64,000 bases of DNA, taken from assembly GCF_002113885.1 (NCBI RefSeq), contig NW_018407865.1, positions 9,687 through 73,686 of the forward strand, in the 5' to 3' direction. The position numbers were made by a program, and so were the translations under genes. This DNA comes from Mizuhopecten yessoensis (lineage: Eukaryota). The notes below the pieces were generated by a model. It was not told the origin of the DNA and did not search any database. It was given only the letters and a program-made list of their open reading frames with translations. Of the stretch, positions 54,286-64,000 are shown piece by piece. Numbering within the stretch: position 1 is the first letter of the stretch; every line of letters starts with the position of its first letter.

Positions 54286-56468
54286 TTATATAGCAGGGAA
54301 ACTGTTATAGTTGATGGTGACCTGTGCATTTTGACCAGATATAATTGGCCACTGGAAGTTTGGAATACAAAATTCACTGTAACCCAGAACATTGGGTACA
54401 TGGTTGGTGACATTGCTCTGGTTTGGTAAACCACTAACACATGGCTTCACCTCACTCATTTCAGCATCTAAAACTGCACTTACGGCAATTTCGTTGGATT
54501 CACCATTGTCGAATTCGTCGAGTAAGGTGTTCACTTGCGAATTAGGCGGAGGCTGCACAAGACAGTTTCCTAAATGATTTATAACGTCGCTTTTGGTACT
54601 CGGAATTTGAGTTTCGGCAACATCAGACGCATACTTCTTCAACTCTGCCATTGGCTCATCTAAACTCAGGCCAATTCCCCGACTTATGGTGTGTGACATG
54701 TACCTTTTTGTGTTTACATCCGTATATCCGGTGTAAGTTTTCAAGCTCTGCTCGGACTTATGGCCAGTGACGGTCATTATATGACGGCTTGGAACTTGTG
54801 CAGAATCTAAAAGGTGGACAGCCGTAGCCCGTAAACTATGATTAGTATACTTGCGAGATAATCTGTATTTTGTGCTCAAAGTTGTCATAAGTGCGCCGAG
54901 CTTGTTATGTCCCATTGGGGTGTTGTCGAAAAAATATCCAGCCTGGTTTGGAGTCCTTCTCACTTTGGGGAAAAGGTAAGGGTATCCAGGAGGCAGTATC
55001 TTCACATACATCACCAAAGATTTCACAGGACACCTGCTTTCATCTTCAATAAAATACAAACAGAAATAACATTCTAGTTGTAATGGGGGCCTTTACAGAG
55101 GTCCACCAAATTACTCCTGACATGACACATAGTCTGTCGCAAACGCAATTGAATCCAGCAGATGAAATGACGTCCACAAATCGCAAAATTTATAAGCCAA
55201 TAATTAGACATAAAGTTAACCTAATATATATCACTCTGAAAATGTAGAAATAATGCCTGTTCAATATAATTTTAGTTATAACCGTTCATGTCTCAAGCGT
55301 CAGTGTCGACTTAAAATCAACCACATAAGTTATACCCCTATGCATCATTCCCACATAATTTTGAAGAAAGTCTGTCCATTAGAACTTGAGATGTAACCGT
55401 AATAATTTCAATCAATCAGTATTGGTAGCATTTTAAAACTGAACATCTATGAAATGACATTAGGAACACCACCATCTATACATATCTACCAAAAAGAAAA
55501 CAAATAAGAATGTTGGCATAACCAAAGGGACTATCGTATACCTAAAAATTCAAAGTTGATCAGTCGATATAAAAGACGCCCCACTCCCTCCAAGGGAGAA
55601 TACGATTTATAGTAGGAGCGATAGCTAGGAGTAACATTCCATACTTCGCTAGTGGAACATAATAATTATTTTGTTTTAGGCCTACTTCATTCTGTTAAAA
55701 AGTGTGCCACTGTCTTGTGAAAATATATGAACGATATCTAAACAAGATAATGTACTCTGATGATAAATGTTCATATTTAAGAATAGCGTGCATACCTTTG
55801 ATTTCATACATTCTGCCCTGTGCTGTGTTTGTGTCTGCTTGGTGGTTTTTCGTCAGCTCATCTTTAGTGAGATAGATATATCTCCATCCTTCAGCGTCTG
55901 TGGTTGTAGCGAAGTCAGACTTCTTTAGATCCCTAATATTTTCCCTCCCACGGCGACCAAAGTGTAACATTATGTCCACAAATACTTTGCATTGTAATGA
56001 CTCATGATCGTTGAGTATGAAGGAAGAGTACAATTTTTCCAAATCAACTTTGTCAATTGGTGGGTGATGTTCAATGCCTCCAAGGCCCTGCCTTTTTAGT
56101 TCAACTAACATGGCTTGGAACGCTCGTTTTGACTTGGAAAATTCTACGCCATTTATTATATCAAATTCACTCAAATGTCTATTCAATCCGTGTCTTATTG
56201 ATGTGAGAGTGGACTTTTTGTATAGTTTACCTTTACTTGAGCGGGCTTCCGTGTAAAATTTGGCTAAGGTTGAATCTAACAGATCAGTATCGTAGTATTC
56301 AAAGCCAGTATCAAGACTCTTTTCCTTTAAATATGCAAGGAAGACGCGCACTGCGTGTTCGGTAGCCTTTTTTGTATTGACTGAGTCTTTATCTGCAAGA
56401 AGTTTCTGAAAATTTGCATTTGTTACAGAGGCAAAACGTTCACCGGTTGCCATCTTTTTTGCTTTCAT
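54286..56468 (-). CDS. Crypton tyrosine recombinase (DUF3504 / KCTD1-ZMYM-KIAA1958-related), 2 exons: join(56468..55796, 55043..54286), 476 aa
   Basis: Exon 1 contains KNT-like, LAKFYTEAR..G.LYK.STL.SIR.GLNRHL, FGRRGREN and TKNHQ. A phase-1 GT..AG intron (AAAG|GTATG ... TTTATTGAAG|AT) joins MYEIK-D-ESRCPV. Exon 2 has NHSLRATA, TGHKS and LKTY, completing the R-K-H-R-H-Y catalytic set with no stops. Confidence 0.9.
55070..55665 (-). mobile_element. HINE-type insertion inside the Crypton intron
   Basis: 55074-55110 (CTAGTTGTAATGGGGGCCTTTACAGAGGTCCACCAAA) resembles the reverse complement of the HINE 3' end at 41590-41630. The other boundary is approximate. Confidence 0.55.
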
Positions 56469-56899
56469 CTAACTGACTGGTGGCATGTAGTCTAACACAC
56501 ATGCGCTACTGCAAAGATGTAGGAGAGCCCCCTAAAGGCGATATTTAAAAATAAATATTCATCCGAAAACCGGTGTATAAAAGTTTTTGAGGACTGATCA
56601 CGTGTATAGGATCCAACCAATAAAATCGGCGAAAATTATTAAGTATGTAATAAATAGTTATATCGTTTGAGCAAGTATTAATATGAATTATTCATATTCT
56701 TTCAAATGGAGCGAATGTTAATAGCAAAAAGTAAAACATTAGGAAGATTTCGAAAATATCATATTAACATATATTCTTCCTGAATAGACTAAAGAGGTAA
56801 TAGCTTCACAGGATTGTAATCTTCAGTTTTATTTTATTTTGCAACAATGTTTTCTTCTATAACCATAATAATTTCATTCATAATACTTGTTAAACATAA

Positions 56900-58500
56900 T
56901 CAGCTGACGACATTGTAAGATAAAATATGTCTCGCGTATAAAACGTGATTAACCTAACTATGTCCCATTAATAATAAGCTATTAACAGAATATATCGTCT
57001 TTGGGTATTTATTTTCGGGAAATTGCATGTTTTTTAATAAAATGTCTGAATAAATTTTATCAATTGTTTATTTTACATGGTATAGCAAGATTCTTTAGCT
57101 TTAAAGCAGATATGAAATCAAATATTAGTACAAATAGATCGATCCCACGGAGCAAAACTTCCATGCGAACATACTAGTGACACAGACTTTATGTTTTTAA
57201 AACATAGCCTCCGAGTAATACATTTCTAAACTACCAAACATGTTTATGGTACGTACAGACCAAATCCTCTAAAATGTGTAGATTGAGGGGTCCGGACGAA
57301 CCTGACCGAAACTAAAATGCTGACTTATTGCTAGTTTGCGTTATTTATTTCTAAAACAATGTCAAGTCACATGTAGTTTTTAAGATACGTTTTGTAATTC
57401 AGTTGACGCGTAAAAGAAGGGCATAATATTCTTGATACATTGTTTTTTATTCTCCGAAACTGTGCATTTTTAGCTCTGCTTATAGAACGGTCCAAGTGCG
57501 TTCGTTTATCGTCGAATATTTCTGCGCCACACGTACCGTTTCAACTGGGATACGCGAATGTAGCCATAACCAAACCTCTACCAAACATGCTGGTAACACA
57601 GACTTAAACGTCTGCAAAACATACTTGTAACACAGACCTAAACATAAATGTCTGCAAACCATATTACATTGTAGTGACAAACATTTTCATTGGAGACAGA
57701 CTTGGAAGATTGTGAGCGTGCAGGAACCATCACCCTACTGAAGAACATGTATTCTTGTGAATTGTACTTACATTAACTTAATATAAGAACATTAATACTT
57801 ATTATAACACAGGTTTTCCATTTTAGATTTAAACAATCTTATTAAATATAAATAATGCAAAATGCCTCCGCTGCGTGTTTGCTGTGGTTGGCTTAACAAC
57901 ATAACTGTTATTTCAAATATATTTTAAAAGCGTCATAAAAATGTTGGTTTGAATAAATACACATAAATCGTTTCGTAATGCTTAGCTTGCTGAACACGTG
58001 TTCACAGCCTACGTTACCACGTGTTTGACCGAGTTTTTAGTTCATGCTTCATAAATATTTCTAAATGAGCAGATAAACATTGAAATCATACTTGTGTTTT
58101 CGTCAGCATATCACATATACTACAATGAAACCTCTTTCCCGAAATAAAATACGCATATAATGGTTTACGTTCATTTTGCTCCTTTAAATGATTCATCAAA
58201 TGTCACCGCTATATAGAATTTCAAAATATGTAATGTGATCATTTGTATTCAGTTTTGCAACAAAGTGTGTTTAAATCATGTGGCGATAATTATATTCTCA
58301 AACAAAAACGTTATATTGCATATTTTTTTCTTTATACCTTGAAACCGTTTGTGATTTCACTTATGTGTAGTTCATGCATATTGTTGATACACAGCACGTA
58401 ATCCTTGAGTGGGCTATATATACTATGTGATATCAGAATGAGAACATTTCTTTGTTCATATTCATGCTTGCTTAGCGTTCGCCGGCGTTATGCTTGTTTC
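56900..58500 (-). pseudogene. Degenerate Penelope-like (Naiad-type) unit
   Basis: Minus strand: CYKYVLQ (57612-57632; cf. FNYKQVLQ), GYGYI, LGPFYK (57479-57496; cf. KGPKYR). Confidence 0.5.
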
Positions 58501-59024
58501 TTTGTTTTCTTATCACTGAATAAAAAGTTAATGAAAGGAGTGACTACACGAGTATCCTAAAGTTTTCAGAACAAAATTTGCATTTTTTCATAAAAACAAT
58601 GGCCGCCATATTCTTGTTTCTGATTGGTTGACAATTAAAACTTGTGAGAACATGAACAATGTATAAAAAATATTCATTGGGAGATGCAACTTCAGTTACA
58701 GGTTTTCCTTTTTTCCCGTCGGATTTTCAACCTGGCAGGAGCAGCCTCTGATTGGTCAATATTGAGATATTGTTGGATTTCATTAAAAAAAAATTGTGTA
58801 TTTTGGTACCACAAGCTCTATCGTGACTTGCGTTTCTTCATTGGACAAGATGACCGCCTCTGTCTGGCTTCTGAAAAAAATACATTGTAGTTATGATTCG
58901 ATCTCGATCCAATTTGGTATGAAACTACAAACTACTTTGTGCATTTTCTTTGCTACAGCATCATTTACTACTGCAGGGTTAGTTCGGGGTCGGCCATTAT
59001 AATCAGTTTATGTAATAATTCTGA

Positions 59025-59866
59025 TTTTTATACGCCCGTCGACGACGGGGACGTATTATGTTATCACGTGAGCGGGCGGGCGGGCATGCGAACGATGTCC
59101 GCTCAATATCTCGAGTAATTATTAACAGATTAACTTCAAACTTCACAACAAGGTTAATTACCATGAAAGCTCGGACAAGTTCGATAACCGCCATTATCCG
59201 ACCATAATTTGTGGAGTTATGCCCCTTTATGGACTTGCCGAAACAGTGTCCGCTCGATATCTCGAGTAATTATTAACGGATTAACTTCAAACTTCACAAC
59301 AAGGTTAATTACCATGAAACCTCGGACAAGTTCGATAACCGCCATTATCCGACCATAATTTGTGGAGTTATGCCCCTTTATGGACTTGCCGAAACAGTGT
59401 CCGCTCGATATCTCGAGTAATTATTAACGGATTAACTTCAAACTTCACAACAAGGTTAATTACCATGAAACCTCGGACAAGTTCGATAACCGCCATTATC
59501 CGACCATAATTTGTGGAGTTATGCCCCTTTATGGACTTGCCGAAACAGTGTCCGCTCGATATCTCGAGTAATTATTAACGGATTAACTTCAAACTTCACA
59601 ACAAGGTTAATTACCATGAAACCTCGGACAAGTTCGATAACCGCCATTATCCGACCATAATTACTGGAGTTATTACCCTTGGTTTCATTAATGCGATGCA
59701 TGCGTTCCATGATGTTGTATTGCACTCATTGATCTACCAGTTATGTTGAATGATTTCTCTTTTAATATTAATTACTCACAAATACTTCATATATTTCAAT
59801 CATACAAACAACTGCTCATTCAATGTGTGACGGGCGTATTATATACCGCTCGCGGTAACCTTGTTT
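59025..59866 (+). mobile_element. HINE (Helentron non-autonomous) carrying a 151-bp satellite array
   Basis: Subterminal IRs TACGCCCGTC (59031) and GACGGGCGTA (59829), (GCGG)n microsatellite, near-identical 151-bp units at 59099, 59250, 59401 and 59552, 3' hairpin TACCGCTCGCGGTA, T-rich flanks. Confidence 0.9.
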
Positions 59867-60204
59867 TAAAAATAATTAAGACACTGAACTCTGCCGTAAA
59901 GATAATATTTGTAGCAACATAACATCCTTTTCGCAGACTTCATTATAGTTAGCACATCTCTATAATGTAAGTATACAGCTGGCTAAGCATGTACAAATCA
60001 CAACACGCAGTGTGATTACTGTAGAACGCTTCACATTTGATCATCGTATTTCAAACTTTATTTTATGCAAATTTTCAATTATCGAAGCTTTAATTATTGG
60101 AATTTTCAACAATTCGAACCTCCCTCTCCTCCCCCTATTTACTGCTGACAGCTAAAATAACAAACATTAAAAACAAAATTTGACAAGTTGGGCGGTAGCC
60201 TTCA

Positions 60205-60318
60205 ACTTCTGACATCGTCTGGAGCGTTCGATTATGTATGTTCAATCGTCCAGTTGTCTGGCGCCAGACTAGGTCTAGACTACTGCTTAGGTCGGCGTGA
60301 TAACCATCGAATATTCCC
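60205..60318 (-). repeat. Single inverted copy of the 66-bp repeat unit plus its flanks
   Basis: Reverse complement matches 11587-11665 and the post-array flank 11838-11875. Confidence 0.85.
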
Positions 60319-60755
60319 ATGTTTGTTGGTACATAAGAATTTTTTTGGCATATTTGATCTCGTTTTCTTTTAAAGTCATTTGAATTTTTAAAAAATCTAC
60401 CTTGTTGCCGTAATCCTCCCCTGTTAACAAATACGTTACGTTTCAAATTTCTGCATTGTACTCTTCATTTTGTCATTAAATATGATGAAATGTTATGAAA
60501 CGTTTCAATGAATGAGGGTGTCGATCTTTTTAAAATAGTTAAACGTGTTGTTACAAAACTACAGGTACCATACCTGTATCGAATGCGAAATTCATTATGA
60601 AAGGTGAACATGTATCTGTTGCGTTAAAAAATATGAAATGTTATGAAACGTTTTAATGAATAAGTAATGAGTCAATGCATTTTTTAAATAGAAAATAAAA
60701 ATAATGTTGTTGCAAATCTACAAAATATGCACCCGATTGCGTGTATGATATATAT

Positions 60756-61158
60756 GCAAGACCACACACTTGTGTTTTTCTAACGAATCAGAAAGCACAA
60801 GTTTATTACGCGGACGAATATATATTCACGAGTGCGCGGAGCGCACGAGTTAATATATACGTCCGCGCAATAAATAAGTGTTTTCTGATTCGTTAGAAAA
60901 ACACAAGTGTATGGTCTTGCTTTTATCAAATACCTTTCGTATTTGTCAGAGATCGATACAAAGATTTTATAAACTTTGATATATTTTGCAAATACCCGAA
61001 ACTTTTCAGTTCATGAAAAGGGAATTCCCATAAAAAGTAGTTCTGGCTAGTAGGTAAATACAACATTCCGTATTGCACATGTGCAATACAGAACGTTGTA
61101 TTTCATGGTCTGAGAATTGCTTGTATTACTATAACAAGATTCAACAGGTATGTGATAA
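60756..61158. mobile_element. Palindromic non-autonomous element (Crypton-associated type)
   Basis: 165-bp imperfect palindrome 60756-60920 centred on GTGCGCGGAGCGCAC. It is followed by a second inverted pair TTATCAAATACCT...AGGTATGTGATAA, which resembles AGTATGTAATAA upstream of the Crypton gene (~56642). Confidence 0.65.
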
Positions 61159-61489
61159 GAAGGAAGACACGTATTTATTCTATCGAAAGAACTTTATAGT
61201 CTCAGAATAACTTTCAATCTATAAAACACATTAATAATTTCAATGTTCTTATGTCAAATAATCGACTGACAAGATGCTTACCCTACATGTTGTATTCACC
61301 TGCATCAGTTATAAATTTTCCGCCGACATATATATTTCAGAATAGTAAATCATATCGTTTTGAATTCTGATATTTATGATTTCGTTTACATTCATGATAG
61401 CTAAACTTGTCGCATAGACGTGTCACTTTCCCTTTGATCTAGCTATGGTATAACCAACTTATTTTACACAGTTTTACTAATACCATATG

Positions 61490-62270
61490 GTATTAGTGAG
61501 GCTCCTCCCCTATACTGAATACAATAGAATTCTCCATTCTCATTGGTCAGCCTATGAAAGTGTACAGTGGCCTTTTAGTGTATGTTAATAGGATATCGAC
61601 ACCGTGGGAATTAACTAAATATACAAATCAGGGACAGTATACGTCCCTGTACAAATACAGGAAGTTCAAACACATTGTATTAAGCAACATTGTTGCAAAC
61701 AATTCAACAAATTGCGCCTTTACAGACAGGTTCCACGGTCCATCTTTTTTCCGTTTTGTAAGTTAAAGTCTTAGCATAAACTGGTACTAGTCGGTCTTGT
61801 AATTAAAAGACACTTGGCAATTGTGAATCACATTTCTGGACATATTAGAAATATCAGCAAATGGAACATGGTCCTTTTCTGTAGGCATGTTAATATTCAC
61901 ATTAGTAGGCTTAATATCAGAGTTACCATTTTGACATGTAGCGCCCTCAAATTTTACCATTTTCTGGACCACTTTCAATGCGAGTCATCAACTGAGACAA
62001 ATGAATATCGTCCAGGTCGTCAAAGTCAATGTGTGCTGGGATGAAGTCCGACATGTTGCAAACATTTTTTTCTAATGACCAAATGTTCTCTTAGATTGTT
62101 ACGTGACACTTAATGCGACAAGTCGGTTATATCATAGGAACCGAGCAATATGTCAGTTATCGTACTCGAGGGGCGGAGCTTACATCTCTCGCGCTACGCG
62201 CTCGAGAAGTAGCTCCGCCCCTCTCGTACAATAACTAACATATTGCTCGGTTCCTATGATATAACCAATA
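61490..62270 (-). mobile_element. Probable Crypton deletion derivative with 142-bp palindrome
   Basis: Palindrome 62125-62266 centred on GCGCTACGCGC. Adjacent minus-strand ORF 61787-61978 ends VIHNCQVSFNY, similar in style to the Crypton C-terminus (IISGQNAQVTINY). Confidence 0.5.
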
Positions 62271-62289
62271 CATATACATATGTTATATT

Positions 62290-64000
62290 AGAACGCGCCA
62301 TTGCGTGTGTAACCTATGTTATATAACCTATAGTTTAACGCTGTTTTTAATGCATGCAGAAGTAGAACGAAATTTGTTCTTGAGTTCACTTGTCTTACAG
62401 CTCAAAACATCTTCCAAGCCAAGCCATAATATGTATTATAATGTTGCAATGTGAACCTTAATGCTTATATCTTTGTGCTCCACCTGACGACAAGGATTTC
62501 CAGATTTTGTTTGGTTTGGTTTAGTATTGTTTAACGTCCTATCAACAGCTATGGTCATTTAAGGACGGCCTTTCCTGTGTGCAAGATGCATGCGTGTAGT
62601 GTATGCGTGTGTGTTTTGGAAGTCTGTGATATGTTCGTGTTTGTCTCCTTGTGATAGCGCGGAACTGATGCCGACTTTATAGTGCTACCTCAATGAAACA
62701 TACTGCCGAAGACACCCAGCAGGACATCCCACCCGGTCATATTATACTGACAACGGGCGATCCAGTCATCCCACTCCTAAATTGCTGAGCGTTAAGCAGG
62801 AGTAGAAACTACCATTTTTATATACTCTGGTATGTCACGGCCAGGGGACAGAACCCAAAGTCTTTCTCACAGGGGCGAACGCTCAACTAAAGGCCAAAAG
62901 TGAGGCATTGTCGAGGGAAACATTAGGAAGAAGAAAGTTGTTTAGAAAGGAGAAAAAATATAAGATCCCATATTTAGTCGCCTCTTACGATCATGCAATG
63001 GGGGCAGCAGGTACAATTCTAACGCCCTACCTGCAGAGACATTTCCAGGTAATTTATCAGCAATGATATTTATCTTTTATAGACGTGTACCAGCATAAAC
63101 CCCAGGCAAAAACTAGGTGCTTCCTTATCAATCGTTTCCTGAAGGTTTTCCATTGAAAAGTATTCTTAAGTTTTTCCCCTTCACCCAAACAATGATTTCC
63201 AATTGAAAAACACCATTCATTGCCCTTCTATAAGTGAAGGAACGCATTTTCATCGCTTAATATCATTTTTTCAGCTGACACAATATACGTTCAATACGCC
63301 CAAGTGTCAAGCCAAAAGAAATGTCTTATTTCATCGAACAAATCTTATGCAGTGAAGACAATAAATTAGTCTGCAATACGCAAATATCATTATTAAACAA
63401 CATCGGTTGTCACGTCTGTCACGTCTTAATTTAGACAAAGGATGCTTTTATACAGATATTGCCCTTGTGATAGGAAAATATTATCCTTTGTTTACCCGAG
63501 ATATAAACTTGCTTCTGAACGGAAAAAGGCGAGTAAAACATGATTAGTCGACGGGGAAACAAAGAATAAGTTTCTCTTCAACAAAGGCAATCATAATTAT
63601 TTTCTTATTTTATCGAATTCTAAAAATAACGCATCGATAAAGGAGATCCGGACTACGCGCCATAAGTGTTGCCTGCTTTAGTTACTAGGAACACATATTT
63701 GATGACACCTGCTCATTTTCAAGAGAATGCGCGCATAAGGGAACTATGATAGGGTTTACTTGTATGCGTGAGGGAAGCACATTTTTCTCTTAACATGACT
63801 AAATAAAATAAAATAAGATACGCTGTTTTTATGAAATCAAATGAAATTCAAAACAAATAACTTGACAACATAGCATTACAATCAAGTTTATAACTAGTGT
63901 ATATAAATAAGGTAAGGTCGATAACTTATTCAATACGCTTACCATCAATTCCGATACAGTTGACAGTACAAAGATAGACTATTTTTTAATTGTCATGCTG
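62290..64000 (-). pseudogene. Degenerate Penelope-like RT remnant (interrupted by SINE)
   Basis: Minus-strand GAACAAATTTCGTTCTACTTCTGC (62356-62379) resembles GACAAATTGTGTTCCACTCTTGGC of the tandem unit; LYTSI at ~63078-63093. Confidence 0.4.
62505..63037 (-). mobile_element. Mollusc SINE (Meta-core-like) composite
   Basis: (TTGGT)n tail with TTTAACGTCCTATCAACAGCTATGGTCATTTAAGGACGG, core CACCCGGTCACATTATACTGACAACGGG, decayed tRNA head, then a TTAGTCGCCTCTTACGA segment. Confidence 0.7.

Overview
AT-rich eukaryotic DNA with two assembly gaps (9307-10298, 18453-18825). The repeat families suggest a bivalve mollusc, possibly a scallop; that assignment is inference. No ordinary host gene is evident. 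Most apparently 'unique' sequence is a patchwork of very degenerate Penelope-like retroelement (PLE) copies with Naiad/Chlamys-type domain order (GIY-YIG, linker, RT). I count roughly a dozen by eye from residual motifs. They lie head-to-tail in four blocks of alternating orientation: + ~0.9-8.6 kb, - ~14-32 kb, + ~38-54 kb, - ~57-64 kb. One already-dead ~3.0-kb unit was recently re-amplified in tandem (16.5-24.7 kb). Younger insertions punctuate this scaffold: CR1/L2-group LINEs (one with a duplicated 2A/StopGo motif), a Harbinger remnant carrying a nested CMC/EnSpm-type element, Helentron-associated (HINE) elements with internal satellites, SINEs, a decayed hammerhead retrozyme-like element and long palindromic MITEs. 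The only apparently intact gene is a two-exon Crypton tyrosine recombinase (56468-54286, minus strand) with the full catalytic set, located at one of the orientation switches. All family calls rest on motif recognition by eye; no database search was run.
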